In this document: one piece after another, positions 1 through 13,220 of the stretch
Position numbering within the stretch: position 1 is the first letter of the stretch
Layout: the number at the start of each line of letters is the position of its first letter
DNA from: Camelus ferus
Lineage: Eukaryota
NCBI RefSeq assembly: GCF_009834535.1
Contig: NC_045696.1
Coordinates: 12,154,001 to 12,218,000 of the forward strand
Direction: 5' to 3'
DNA: 64,000 nt
Made by a program: the position numbers and the translations under genes
Notes under the pieces: model-generated
Told to the model about the DNA's origin: nothing
Seen by the model: the letters and a program-made list of their open reading frames with translations, nothing else
The model's database searches: none

Positions 1-539
1 GCCTGCCTTGAAAGCAAATGGTGTCTTTCCTCGGCATCTTACCTAGGAAGCCCTGCAGTGCCCGTGGACTGACCTCCCTCTGGTGGACGTTGCCCACCTA
101 AGATTCATGACCCCACCTGAAAAACTGAGGCTTTGGAGGAAGGGACTGAACACAGGTGCTTCAGTTAAAAAGGCAAGTACATCTGACAAGGTACATGTAA
201 ATGCTCCAAGGTGTTGCATAAACACACTCTTGTCTTCCAGAGATGACCCGCTTCGGGGTGCTTTCTGCTCTACCATTTAATCTACTCTGCCCTTTCCTTT
301 GACCTGCGGTAGACTTAGCAGTGCTCCCAACCAATCAGAAAGGACCAACTGAAGTTCATTTCTTGAATGATGACAATTTAGGAATTCTTGCTTTTGGGTG
401 GTTGGAAATGGATGCAAATCGATCCCAGAGTTTCTGACTGGAGGAGGCAAATTTGAAAAATTGACATTTCTATTTGGGAAGCCTCTCAAGCCTTCCCCAG
501 CTCCTGGGGTGAGGTGAGGGAGCTGTGTGTGGCTGGCGC

Positions 540-742
540 AGTGTGGTCCAGCAGACCAAACTGGGCGCTAGTCAGATCTGTTTTTGAACCTGGCAGTGTG
601 GTCTTGGGTGGTTTATCTTACCTCTGAGATCTTCGATGCCCTCAATTACCAAGTGAGGGAGGGGATGCCTTCCATGAAGGAGCTGCGTCAGCATTACGTA
701 AGACGATGGATGTAAGGCAGCCTGTGTAGTACGTGGTACCCA
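540..742 (+). mobile_element. MIR SINE, degenerate
   Basis: MIR core-like 'gtgtggtcttgggtggtttatcttacctctgag' and 3' part 'gatggatgtaaggcagcctgtgtagtacgtggtaccca'. Confidence 0.55.
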
Positions 743-1259
743 GCTCATCCCTCCTGTCCCCTTCCCCCCGCCAAGCACAGACGCGCCATATCCCCGAGGT
801 CCTGCAGTTTTTATTCCCTTCCTCACTCACATCCAAATCTGCTCATAGGAAGGTTTTAGGTCGGGACAGGTGGGCAGGAGGTAGCGGAGGTGGGCAGGGA
901 AGGAGGCTGTGAGGACCCTTCACAGTCACGGTGAGTTACTGCTGGGTGTTGCCCGGTTACCCAGGGTTCACAGAAGTTAATCTCTAATTGTAAAATCAAA
1001 GGCTTTTTTGCTCCAGTTTCTGGAATGGTGGGAGCTGGGGACGGAGGGCTTTCCCAGCTCTGGGATCACATCCCCCTCTGTTTCCTTTGTCACCTACACC
1101 TGTACTTAACTGTGTCCCAAAAGAGAAGCCTTCCAGACCTTTTTTTTTTTTTTTAAATCAACTTGGGAGATAGCTGAATGGAGGCGAAGCTTCATTGTTC
1201 TCCTATTGAGGTAAAAACAAAAACAAAGACAAAAACAAAGAAATTCTCAGATTCACCAG

Positions 1260-1435
1260 TTGTGCTGCAATGGAATGAGTCCTGTTTTGGAACAAGAACT
1301 GGTTGGTCTGTCCACTTTCTTGAGCCTCAGTTTCCTCATTGGTAACAAGGCAGGGCATCATTCTGTCCCAGTTTACCACTGAGGATACTGAATGAGAAAG
1401 CAGATGAAAAAGCACTTACAAATTGTGAAGTGCTG
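1260..1435 (+). mobile_element. MIR/MIR3 SINE
   Basis: 'tgagcctcagtttcctcattggtaacaagg' core and 'aaagcacttacaaattgtgaagtgct' 3' end. Confidence 0.75.
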
Positions 1436-3079
1436 AAGTCTCAAACATCATCGATACCTTGCCTGCAGCCTGGACAGACACTGCCTCCAGGAAGAGGAGT
1501 GAGAACGGGTCACTGTTTCCAGTGCGACAAGAAGCAAGGCCCTTACCTAGTTAATTTCGTGTTCAGTACATTCTGCTCTTTTTTCATGTCAGCAAAGCTA
1601 TTATTTTGTACAGCACTTCCCTGAAGCCTAGAAGAATGGTTTAGAGATGCTGACAGGAGTCAAATTTAATCACCGACTTTGAGCCGAAAAGATGGGGTAA
1701 TTCAGTGACTAATTGGTCAGAACTGGGATGAAGTCATAGAAAACTGTGTCACAAGATAAAATGAAGGTTTTGATTTGTTCTTTCATTTTTCTCTTGGTTT
1801 AATTTTAAGAACACAAAATGATAGGAATTATTAATCAAATGAGCATTGGCTTTCAGGCTGTTCTCCTAGAAAGCCTCAGTTATCACGGATGTTCTTAGGG
1901 TCTCGGGTGTTTTGGGTCCAAATTTGTCAGTTGTAAGTGAAAGAAGGTTAATCAACTCAAATTAATGAAAAAAGGACATGTTTACCCCACTCAAACTGGA
2001 AAGCTCAGGGGTAGACAAGTTGGATGTGGGGGCTCCCAGGATGTCTCGGGGCTTGACCCAGTTCCCTTTCCCTCAGTCCATCTCTTTTCTGTGCTGATTC
2101 ATCTCCGCCCACGTCCCTCTGTGGTCCAAAGTTGGCTCCTAGCAGGCCTGTCCAATCCCTCATTGCATCAAAAGGCAGACAGTTGCTTTAGACACTGTCT
2201 TACCCCGTTCCTTACAAGCAGACAGTGAGAAATCGTGTGTGATACCCTTGTCAGGGCCTCCAGGGAAACTCAGGTCCCCGTAAGAATGCACAGCTCATCA
2301 ACCTGCTGTTCCTGTTAGCATCTGCATGTAGACTTGCGTGTTTCATTGATAGTAAGTTTAATTCCCTCCCGTTCCAGGCTGGTCACCATTTCCTAAAGAG
2401 TGGCTCATTTCACCAAGATGACTCACAGCTCCCGTGTCTGCGCCGGGGGATGTGGGGCCCCGTGGCTGAGGTGCTGGTCAAGTGCACGTCATTGTCACTC
2501 AGCCACTTAGTGCGGGGCCCCTGCGCTGGCGGTGGCTGTCACTCCTTGTTGCTGCTTCTCCCAGCACCTGGTGGTTCTGCGGTAATTCCAAGAGCACCCG
2601 GAAAGCTCTAGGCGCTCCTTGAAAATTGAGGTGCCAAGTGATATTACTCTGTGACTAGAAAGGAAGGCGAATAATGAGACTGATCCTCATGCCTCCCACC
2701 CTGCCCCCACCCCTGGGAATCAGCCCCTTCGCCACAGTGGATCAAAAGCTTCACCCTTGTGTCAGGAGCATTTGGGTGAGTGAGGTCCCGTGGCGAGGGC
2801 TTTGCAGCAGTCCTGTTCATGCACAGTGAGCCCAGAACAGTGACGAGGAATTAGAGTCCCCTCAGCTGTGCTGGCGCGTCTGTGCTGTGCTCCCAGGAGA
2901 ACCTTAGGGTCGTGGTTGCGTCTTCCTGCCATCATGTCGCCCAAGTTCAAGTTATTAAACCTGCAGTGCCCTGTTTCTTCCCCATGGGATGCAGAAGTCT
3001 CATGAGCTGTCCCTCGGTTGTCTCTGCCTCCCTGCTTATCACCACCCATGGGATGATCCTTTGAACACCTGTACACATG

Positions 3080-3395
3080 TCATTCCTCAGCAGATAACCT
3101 CTCCCTGCTCACCTCAAAGCCTCCAAATGACGGCCCAACTTTACAGCCTGGCTCTGAAAACCCTCCTGGGTCTGGGACTTACTTATATCTTTTTCTTTTC
3201 AGCTTATTCTTCTCTTCCACAGGATTTGACTCTTTCTGCTACTTTGAATGCCCTTTGCTAAGTGTGCATCCACTTTCTGATTTGTGTAGCAGGTGACAAG
3301 ACTTCTTTCCCCAGACCGAGGGGTAGATCAAATGCACTATTTCCTAGAAAGAGTCCAGGACAGTGCCTGGCACATTCATGTGACGTCCAAGTGAT
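3080..3395 (+). mobile_element. L2 LINE 3' fragment, degenerate
   Basis: 'cctgctcacctcaaagcctccaaatgacgg...' and 'cagtgcctggcacat' resemble the L2 3' region. Confidence 0.4.
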
Positions 3396-5032
3396 GATTG
3401 TTCTTATTAGAATCTCTCCTTCGTGGCTCAGCCTGAGAGCTATTTCCTTTCTGATGCTGCCCCTGACCTCAGCCCTGGGGGATTTTTCCTTCCACTGAAA
3501 TCCTGAAGTATTCAGTCTCCATATCATAATTTGGTAGGATGTAAAACTTAGCGTGTACTTGGAGTTTATGTCAAGTGCAACTGTATGTGCCTGGCTTGCT
3601 AAGCGTCAGATACCCTTGCATTTTGCCTTTTGTGTTTTCTTTTCAGTATGTCTCAGACTCCAACTTCCTCTGTGGCAAGGGTGCTCCGGGCAGCTGCCTG
3701 TGGGCTAGAAGCCCTGGCTCCCCTCCTCCCCAGCACAGAGCAGGACCATGGCTGTGCACACAGCCTGTGGGGACTGCTGTTGTGCTTATGGAAGCAAGAG
3801 CCACCGCAGGTCCAGGGCTCATGTTATGCAGAGATGGCCCAGTGGCCAAGAAGGGACAAGATGGAGGCACAGCCTAGATTTCCTGGTGAAAAGTTGTCTT
3901 AAATATTTGGCAGAGGCCCTGAATGCAGTTGCTAACAAGCTAGGCCAGGAGGGTTTTCAGGCCCCCAGCCCCCGCCCGGGTCTGTCCAGCAAAGGCAAGC
4001 CCTACAGACAGAGGGTCGGCTGGGTTTGGATTTGGAGCTGGCCAAGACCAGACTCACAGGGCACTGCTCTGTTCTGAGTCTGCCACTTCAGAGCTGAGAT
4101 GAAGGGCCGTACCTGGGCTGTGAGATCTGGCTCCCTGGGGCTGCCCAGAGGGGGCAGGTAACACACCTTGGGTGCCCTTGGACCAACAGGAGGCAGCAGC
4201 AGGAACGGCCTGCAGGTACACGGTTTTCCTTCCCGCCTCATTTGGTTCTTGGGTCCCGACTTCCATGCAGCATCTGGAGACCATCCCAGGATGGGGCAGA
4301 ATGTACGTATGGGTAAGGGTCCTCCTCCTGTTTGCTATGTTTCCTACTCTGCCATCCATCCCCCTCCCTATGGCTTCCAATACACATGATCCCCAAGTAA
4401 CATTTCGCCCAAGTGTTTGTTTCCTAGGGAACCCTGCCAAGAAAATTTCACTCTGTCATCTTTCTCTTCTCTCCTCTGTTCTCCTCTATCCCTTATTTTG
4501 TTTCAAATAAGATCATAGAGAGTCGTTTTTCTGGGGGAGGAGTCCCAACATTCCTTCATCTTTGGGGCTCACACCCTAAGGCATCATGGGGGCTGTAGCC
4601 TTCTGAGTGGAATTCAGGACACTGAGCTTAATAAAATACATGTGGGTGCATCTCAATTCTAAGTAATCCCTTGTATGAAAATTTATATTTGCCCAGAAGA
4701 TTAATTGGAAGAGTCATTATTTTTATAAGAGTTTCATATAAGCTTCTATCACATAGAAACAATGATTTGATTAATTCATTTTCAACTGGCAAGGAACTTT
4801 GAAGTTGTAATCCTGGTGTAAGAGGCCACCAGGAGGCTGGCCATTGCTGAGGGCAGCTGCTCCGAAGAGAAGGCATGTCCCCTCTTCCGACTCTTCCCGG
4901 GAAGATGGGGGTTGTGTCGGCTTTCCTTTGCTCCCTCATTGCCTCCGTAGTGGGAGCAATGCTGGATACTCTCAAAACCCTCCATTTCAGCCACTCGGGT
5001 CCTTCACAAAGGTCTGACATGGCTACATAGCC

Positions 5033-5147
5033 GTGTGTGTGTGTTTGTGTGTGTCTGTATGTGTGTTCTCTGTGTGTGTGTTTCTGTGTGTGTGTGTCTC
5101 TGTGTGTGCGTGTGTTCTCTGTGTGTGTGTTCTCTGTGTGTGTTGTG
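5033..5147. repeat. Imperfect (TG)n/(TC)n microsatellite
   Basis: Directly visible. Confidence 0.95.
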
Positions 5148-5154
5148 GGTGGGG

Positions 5155-5510
5155 TGGGAGGTAGAATAATGGCGCCCAAAATGTCTATGCTTGAGTCCCT
5201 GGAACCCGTGAATAGGTAACCTTATGTGGCAAAAGGGGCTTTGTAGGTGTGATTAGTCAAAGATCTTATGATGGGAAGACTGTCTGGGATTACTCAGGTG
5301 GGCCCTTTATATACAAACTATGTAACCACAGGTGTCCTCATGAGAGGGAGGCAGGAAGGGCAGAGTCAGAGGGATTTGGTGATGCTATTCTGCTGGCTTT
5401 GAAGATGGAGGAAGGGGCCATGAGTCAGTGAACGCAGGCCACCTTTTAGAAGCTGGGAAAGACGAGGAAACAGGTTTCTCCCTAAGCCTCCGGAATGAAC
5501 ATGCCCAGCT
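5155..5510 (+). mobile_element. MaLR LTR, MLT1D-like (3'-truncated)
   Basis: 'agaataatggcgcccaaaatgtc...ccttatgtggcaaaaggggctttgtaggtgtgatta...gctggctttgaagatggaggaaggggccatgag...tagaagctgggaaagacgaggaaacagg' match MLT1D hallmarks. Confidence 0.85.
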
Positions 5511-7819
5511 TCAGAAGCTCCCTGTGCCCTGTAAATTTGGAGATGGAGTAGAGGCAGGTCAAGACTGTACCAAATGCTTACTAGCTCCCATCACAAACAA
5601 GGGAAGGAAATCATTTTCAAAGCAGCACATTTACCTCATTTTTATTCATCCACGAAACATCTCCCTCTTGTGTCCTGTCAGCCTTGTGGTCCCGTTGGCC
5701 TCAGTGCTTTATCACATCCTAGGGCCTCACTAGGGACTAAATGGGAGGCCAGGAGCCTTGGGCACCCCCTAGAGGGCAAAGTGTGTATGATCAGCTATGC
5801 TAAGAGCCTCAAGAGACTCCTGGAATTTCAGAAGATGAGAGGACCCCAGGGGAGGGATGCATCAGGAGGTTAGTGAGTCACAGAGCCTTCCATTGAAGGA
5901 AGGGAATAATCTCTGCTCAGAGGACAGGGGAGCGTAACTGAGCAGAGAGGAGGGTGTGTCACAGACAGGAAAGTGAGAGTCTGGAGAGTTGCAGGGTCCT
6001 GGTCCTAAACTGTTTCGACCTGACTTTGCAAATGCAGCTCTGCTTGTCTGATTTGAGTCTTTCTGAAGAGATGCTGGCATTTAGAGGGCAGTGTTGCCGC
6101 TGAGGTTCTTAGAGGGAGTAAGAGTGACGATGCTGAGAAATCGGGGAAGCCCAGGACGTGCAAGCGCTCTTAATCCTTTTTAGTTGGAGGCCCCCGGGGA
6201 AATGCAGCTGTCTCTGGCCCTTAACTCACCTGCAGATTAAGTGGACAGATGTTAATTGAATAATGAAACATCTGCAAGGTGATGAGGACGGCGGTAGTTT
6301 ACTATGATTGCACCAGCCGTGTGCAAAGATGAAAACCAGCAGCACGAGATAGAGCAGATGGGCTTCGATCCCAGGAATTTACTACCTGAGCAGTCTGCAG
6401 TGAAGCCTGCTCCTAGTAGTGACAGGGTATACTACATATGTTATATATATAATTATATAAAACATATGTTATATATAGGATATACTATATATATTAACAT
6501 TAGATTTTTCTTTTAAAAGACTTGAATTAAACACCAATAAATCTGAGTGTAGCAGTGACTGAGTATAAATGGTCATGGTCTTAGGTACAATATTCAGTAA
6601 GTGGTTAATTAAGACTCTATACAGAGAGTTTCCCTAAGTGCAAGATGCCACAAACTATGGATATATCTTGGAGTAGAGAGTCCCTGGATGACACTTCAGA
6701 TTACAGAACAGTAATTGTTACAGATTGATCTAGATCAGATTATTCTAGAACAATCTCCTGTAAATATTTTGCTTAGAATGTGTGTGAGCCCACTATTAGA
6801 ATCTCACTCTTCTGTGTCTGGCACATTTTCTAGTTTTCTTGGGTTTCCTATTGAACTAAAATCTTTTTCAGTAGGTGATACAGTTTGGGCTGTCATGAGC
6901 CATGACCATTTTAGGTGGGATTAGCTGATGATGGCAAACTGGTAAGGGAAGACCACACCCTGCAAACACATGTGACAGGAGTCACAGGCATCCAGGAGAG
7001 AGGGACCCCTGGAGCTGAGCCCAGTGTTAGCGATGATGTGAGAAGGGGTGGCTGGGGCCCCACCTAATCTGTGAAGGCTTGAATGGTTTATCATTTCGGG
7101 TACTTGGGTTGCTGGCAACAGATACTGACAGTAGCTAATAAAAAAGGGGAAATAAATAAATGTATTGGGAGGATACGAGATGGCCCACAGACCTGAAGGG
7201 AAGGCGGACAAATGAGCCATAAGCCGGACAAGAGCCCGGGGAGAGCTAGGAAATAGTGGGTGGTGTCTGTGGGGCATCGTTGGGATGACTCTCTTCCAAT
7301 TGCTTTCTTTTTTTGAATGTCTTTGTGTAAAATCTGAATCTGTGGTGGGAATGTGGAGGACCTGGCCTTCGTTTATCTCCCCTTGGTCAGGGACGGAAGG
7401 GCACTTTGAGTGATAAACAGCTCCATCAAAACCATCAGCCTCGGGTAATCTCTCTCCTTAGGGAGGAGAGAAGGCAAGGGATTGATCCCAAAATCAGTGA
7501 GAAGAGTTTCGGGTTGCCAGCAATCACAGCCTTCACCTCCCGACAGCTAGAATCTCTCTCATGTTTCAGGATGGGAGGACAGATTTGTCTACTCACTTCC
7601 ATCATAAACTTCAAGGTTTCTGAACACATTTGTCAAGGCTTAAACACGAGGGTGCTTGCAAGCTGGGTAATCAACACTGGAGCAGAGGGACAATCAGCGG
7701 AGGCTGTGATGACTCTGATTCATGACTTTATTTTCATCCTGAAGCACAAAAAGGTAAATGACATCTCATATAACAAGTTCCACAGTTTCTAAGAGAAACT
7801 TATATGTAATGTACACAGA

Positions 7820-8003
7820 GGCAATGTATTGTGGTGAGAAAAGCCTGGGTTTTTGAGGGACAGAGGTTTATCAAGTTGAGTTTATTTTTTTTGAGGGGCA
7901 AGTCTTTCTCTTACAATATGGAAATAACAATATCTTTCTTAGAAGGTTTGTGTAAGGTGTGTGAAGTTCTTGGTATACATTAAGCCCTTAATAAATGTCA
8001 GCT
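7820..8003 (+). mobile_element. MIR SINE
   Basis: 'aatatggaaataacaatatctttcttagaaggtttgtgtaagg' and 'taagcccttaataaatgtcagct'. Confidence 0.6.
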
Positions 8004-8729
8004 TCCTTCTTTCCCACTGTGCGTTTGTGTATACGTTTCTGTTTTTATATGACTCAAATGTAAAACTGTAGTTTTCCTTTCCCTCTAATGACCTGAAAAG
8101 CATCTCTCCTCCCTCCAATTTTATTTTTCTGCTTTGGAGCTGATGTTGGCAGCCGGAGCCGGTAGCAGACTAGTCTGTGTCTATTCCAAGGTCTGTATTA
8201 CAAAGGCACAATTGTCTTTCCCTTAATTGTTGAGGAGGCTATTTATATACCTTGTTGTCTTAAACATCTCATACAGAGACCGTCAGCTATAGCTTAAAGG
8301 CAAAATAAAATCCTCTGTGGGTTTAAGTTGTGCCTAGAAGCAAAATCATCTAGCTATGAGTGCTTGGTTGGGCAAAGTAAAAGAAATGTTTCAGAACACC
8401 TAAATTGCACCAAATGGTAATTGTATGTGATTCATTGCAATTTAAGTATTCTAAAATATTTCCTTTTATTTGCTCAACCAATTCCTCACATTGAAATGCC
8501 TTGATGGGGTGAATCTTTCACATTTTTAAATGAGGTTGAAAGTAAAAATTGGCATCAAGATAAATAAGAAGCTGTTTTAGGGAAGCATTTAGAGGGAGAA
8601 GAAGAAGAAGAAAATAATCTTGGAGCATGTAGAAGGAGGAGTGAACCATTTTGGAAGATACAGTAAACAAAGTCCAGCCCTCCGCCCCAGCCCATGGGAG
8701 AAATTAACCCAGGGTGTGGAGAACTGTCT

Positions 8730-8950
8730 GCAATGTCAGAATAGAATTTGAATTCCAGCCTTGCCTTTTCCTAGTAGCTGTTTGACTTTGGAAATATTTC
8801 TCAGCCTCTCTGATTTTCATTGTTCTCATCTGTAAAATGAAGCTAAATAATAACTCCTTTGGCAGGGTTATTGTGAGGATTCAATGAGAAGGTGAAGAAC
8901 ATCGGAGTGATTGGAAGATACAAAACATTGATAAATGATGTCACGTTACT
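8730..8950 (+). mobile_element. MIR (MIRb-like) SINE
   Basis: 'tttgaattccagcc...tagctgtttgactttggaaa...ttctcatctgtaaaatga...cagggttattgtgaggattcaatgaga'. Confidence 0.85.
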
Positions 8951-9089
8951 AGCTTAATGTATTGACTGAAATACATGTTCTAAAACATAGATGACAATGT
9001 GCATTCATTAAGTGTATACCTTAAGATTGTGCTTTGGTTTGTGATGGATAATCTTATCAATTCTCACATGCCAAAGCTGAACTTTGATG

Positions 9090-9320
9090 TGATATAGCAT
9101 AGGTGAAAAGACCCGGACTCTGAGGGCGGGCAGATTTCAATCTCTTCTGCTTGGGTGCTGAGAAATTCGGCCCGGTCACTTCAGCTGCTGAATCTCAGTG
9201 TATTTATCCACACAGTGGGGTAACAGAACTCATCTCTTGGAGTTTGAAGGAGAGTTTGATTATTTCCTAATCAATGAAAATTGCCTGAGTATACAGAGTG
9301 TGCAATAAACACTAGTTCTT
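9090..9320 (+). mobile_element. MIR SINE
   Basis: 'tgaatctcagtgtatttatccacacagtggggtaacaga' core and 'gtgtgcaataaacactag' end. Confidence 0.6.
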
Positions 9321-9699
9321 TACCCCCGTGGTCTTACTCTGAGACAATCATAACCCTGCTATTCCTCATAGTCACCCCAGAGCATGGACAGCTGAGAGAA
9401 TCTCAGAGTCTCAGAAGGGGTTTAGAACATATCATAAGGGAATCATATAATATGCAATTGAAAAGTGAATCTGGAGTTTAGACACTGCTGATTGATGGGC
9501 CAATGCCCTCTGAAGCATCCCTCCTTAAGTAAATTGCTAGTTAATTTCTGTAGTAACTAGGCCTTCACTGGGAATGGAGAGGCCATTCCGTTTACAGTTA
9601 ATTGTCAGGACGTTCTCTGGATTGAACCGAAATCTCCTCTTGGCAATTTTCCCTCAGTAGCCAAAGATCCATCTCCTGAGGACCCTCACTGCCCTCTGT

Positions 9700-9786
9700 G
9701 GATTTCTAGTCTGCTCTCAGAGAGTAGTACTTGCCTGTAGCAAGACCTTATTGACTGTTTCCTGAATGAATGAATGAATGAATGAG
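9700..9786 (+). mobile_element. L2 3' end with (TGAA)n tail
   Basis: 'ttattgactgtttcctgaatgaatgaatgaatgaatga'. Confidence 0.6.
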
Positions 9787-10197
9787 ACAAGAAGTGAGAA
9801 CCGTCTAACAGTATTAATGCTTTTCTGTCTGCCCTGAGGAAGTGAGCACATTTTCTGTTGCATTAAATTATATCATATCATTCTTGGTACAATAAGGAAA
9901 GTAGAATTATTATGAGTTTTGTAGAATAGGATTCATTATAGGAATAAGGCCTTACAGAATTATGGAAGAAGCTGGAGAAGTAAGGGTTTCAAAAGGAGGG
10001 GTTGGAGGATCAGAGACACGCCACTAATCAGGCCTTTGGAAACACCAGCTCAAGTTGACAGGGGCAGGGCTCACAAGGAATATGAGAAGGCAGGGACGTC
10101 ACCTGAGGAGTGAACCTGGAAGGGGACCTGGTGGAGGAGTCTAAGGAAGGCTGTCACCTCTGTGTCTGGTTGTCAGCCTGGAAAGGTTGTTGGTCAG

Positions 10198-10954
10198 TGT
10201 ATTAGTCAGGGTTTTCCAAAGACAGAACCAATGGGATATATATACTGATATACATATTAATGTATTTATATGTAAAGATATATATGTGTCTCTATATGTG
10301 TATATATGTGTGTCTATACTATATATATGTGTATATATATATGATTTATTACAAGGAATTGGCTAACATGATCATGGACACTGGGAAGGCTAAAATCAGC
10401 ACTGTAGGCCAGCAGGCTTGAGACCCAGGAGAGCTGATGATGCAGGTCCAGTCCTAAGAGTCTCTGCTGGAGAATTTCCTTTTCCTACAAGAGGCCAGTC
10501 TTTTTCTTCTATGCAGGCCCTCAACTGATAAGATGAGGCCCACTCATATTATAAAGGGCAATCTGCTTTACCCAGTATTCACTGATTTAAATGTTAATCA
10601 CCAGGAATAGACTTGCAGACATTGTAAATAATCTTATGGTTACCTGGGGAAAGGGAGTGGGAAGGATAAATTTGGGAGTTCAAGATTTGCAAATATTAAC
10701 TACTATATATAAAAATAGATAAAAACAAATTTCTTATGTATAGCACAGGGAACTATATTCAATATCTTGTGATAACCAGTAATGAAAAAGACTCTGAAAA
10801 TGAATATATGTATGTATATGCATGATTGGGACATTATGCTGTACACCAGAAATTGACACATTGTAACTGCCTATACATCAATAAAATAAATAAATAAATG
10901 TTAATCCCATCCAAGAAACACCCCCTCGGTTGACACATAAAATTCATCATCTCA
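10198..10954 (-). mobile_element. MLT2 (ERVL) solo LTR with internal (TA)n/(TG)n tract
   Basis: Begins 'tgtattagtcagggttttcc', contains 'aaggaattggctaacatgatcatgga', ends 'ttgacacataaaattcatcatctca'; 5-bp TSD GTCAG at 10193-10197 and 10955-10959. Confidence 0.9.
10600..10895 (+). mobile_element. Camelid/cetartiodactyl-type L1 3' UTR fragment inserted in MLT2
   Basis: 'tatagcacagggaactatattcaatatcttg...gctgtacaccagaaattgacacattgtaactg', (TAAA)n tail, 11-bp TSD AAATGTTAATC at 10589-10599 and 10896-10906. Confidence 0.92.
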
Positions 10955-11429
10955 GTCAGCAAGGCTGGCAGTTAAGAAGAGTTGGATACAAAGGGAAGAA
11001 GAACAAAGATAAGAGCAAGAAATCTGCCAGCACTTCTGCCTCTATTCCTCATTGTCTAACTATGATGCTCTTCAAAGAATAATAGATACTGTTCACTTTG
11101 TCTTCCAAATCTTAGTCACGTTTCCCAGAAGGGAATTCTGGGACTTACAGTGCCAGTAGACAAGCTGACATAGTATAAAACCAGGGCATTCCACTCCCAA
11201 TCAACTCAGCATCAGTATTCACCTTTCTAACCTGCATTTAACTTTCTAAGATGAAGCAACGATCCTCAAACAACCTAAAACATGCTACCTTTATCTTCCC
11301 AAAAGGGTACAGGCTCATTTGCCACTAAATCCATTTCCAGGTGATGTTATTCCTCTTCAAGCTGCATCATATTCTTCCTTTAATACCTTGTAACTTAAAT
11401 ACTGAGACTTTTTGTTTCCTAATTAAGTT

Positions 11430-11980
11430 CCTAAATTAGTGAAACATATGTCTACTCCCATGATCCAGGAATTTTACACCTAGATATTTCCCTAGGAGAA
11501 CTGAAAATATATATCAAAAAAAAGAGAATTTGTATGTGAGAGTTCTTAGCAGCTTTATTCATAATGACAAAAAAAAACCTTGAAAATAACCCAAATGCTC
11601 ATTAGGTGACTGGATAAACAAATCGTGTCATGTTCATAAAATACAATAAATGGAACAAACTACTGACACACAAAACAATATAAATGAGTCTTAAAAACAT
11701 GATACTGAGTGAATGAAGCCAGACGCCAACAAGTGTATGCTGCATGGATTCATTTACACACACAAAACTAACCTTTGATGATAGAAATCACAAGTGTTTG
11801 CTTGGGGCTGGGGAGTGACTGGGAAGAGGCATAAGAAAAATTTCTGGGTGATAGAATATTCTATTTGTTGGTAAGAGTACAGGTTACACGGGTGTATACA
11901 TTTGTTGAAACTAATCAGACTACACTTGCGATGTACACTTTGTATGTTGTACTGCATGTAAATTATATTTTAGTAAAAAG
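11430..11980 (+). mobile_element. Ancient L1 (L1MC/L1ME-like) 3' end
   Basis: 'ttagcagctttattcataatgac', 'ggttacacgggtgtatacatttgttgaaact', 'gcatgtaaattatattttagtaaaaa'. Confidence 0.85.
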
Positions 11981-13059
11981 GAGTAGATAAAAGTTCACGT
12001 AGCTGGTGTGAGGAGGAGACTCAGAGAGAAAGTGTATATGATTTGGATGCTGGTGGGGGCTGGAGATACGTCTCTCCAGCCTTGTTCACTGCATTTTGCT
12101 CTTCTTACCCCAAGAATGCCCAATGTGGCATCCTAGCTGCTTTGCTGTGGTGTCCGGGCGGTGAGCAGAGAGAGCCCCAGATTCTGGAGCTCCCTGTGTG
12201 TGTGGAGCAGGAAGAAGCCACTGAGAGTTGCCTAATACCTTTTTGTCTGCACCTGCCCCTATCCAAGGTGTGCTGGGGCATTCTGGGACAGAGCTCGTGA
12301 ACCTGAAAAGACGTAGAGTTGGGTGTGGAGGAGTCAGCCATGGATGCTGACTCTAGTCACCTCTTCTACCTGACGAGGGACAATGCAAGCTCCACCCACT
12401 ATCATGAATCATTCTCAGGGAGAAAGGAGTTGATATGACTGAGTTTAAATCTTGAATTGCTACCTTAAAAAAATCACAGTGATGGAATTTAGCTTGAGTG
12501 GCAAGATTAGGTGTTTCAACTGCCAAAGAGAAACGGGCTGTCAGGAGCCAAGATCATTTCAGTTAAAGAGAAATGAGTAAAATTATGTTTCTGCTTCTCT
12601 GAGTGGTTTACTCATTGCCCTTGGATGGAGATGGCTCAAACCTGGTCCACTGTAGACTTTCTGGGTCACTTAAAAGACTCTTCCTCTCTCTTTCCTCCAC
12701 CCAAATAAGCTTGAAAAACTTAAGGCTATAGATGTGAAGGTAAGTCCTACATCCCCTACCAGGGGCGATGTGGGCTCAGCTGAGGTAGCAGGGAAGAGCC
12801 CCAGACATCAAATGTATAGGTTTACCAAAACTGAAATGCACTGCCATTTAGAAATATGAAATTACCCATGAAAAATAATTCTTGGCATTGCAGACTGAAA
12901 GATGACTTCCATTAATTTGAGAATGAGTGCCATCATGCCATCACTGGGCATTGCGATCACTGGCCACTTTATCTGACTTCATCCTTTTGTGACATCTCAC
13001 AGTGGAAACACACAGGTCTATAAACACTAAAAGTCTCCAACAAAGAGGCCTATTTCCCT

Positions 13060-13220
13060 CTGGGATTTCTTAACCTTTAAACCACAGGTGAACACTAGGA
13101 GTTCATAAATTCTGGAAGATTTTATGCCAATTATGTTTATGTACATTTTCAGGGGAAAGAGTTCATAGCTTCAGGCAGACTCTCCAGCAATCCCAGACCC
13201 AAAGAAGGTTAAGACCCATG
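13060..13220. mobile_element. hAT-Charlie DNA transposon relic (MER103C-like)
   Basis: Imperfect inverted ends 'tcttaacctt' / 'aaggttaaga' and internal 'ggggaaagagttcatagcttcaggcagactctc'. Confidence 0.65.

Larger units (their letters stand above)
9915..11170 (-). mobile_element. Ancient ERVL-class LTR interrupted by the MLT2 element
   Basis: 'ataggaataaggccttacagaattatggaagaagctggagaag' on the left and 'agggaattctgggacttacagtgcc' on the right; the sequence reads through across the MLT2 TSD; subfamily not assigned. Confidence 0.45.

Noticed and set aside
4628..5179. 183-aa ORF with THTE/HT repeats
   Set aside because: Produced by translating the (TG)n microsatellite; no recognisable protein family.
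6726..6756. Two overlapping short palindromes around TCTAGA
   Set aside because: Short, with no supporting context; compatible with chance or a local repair scar.
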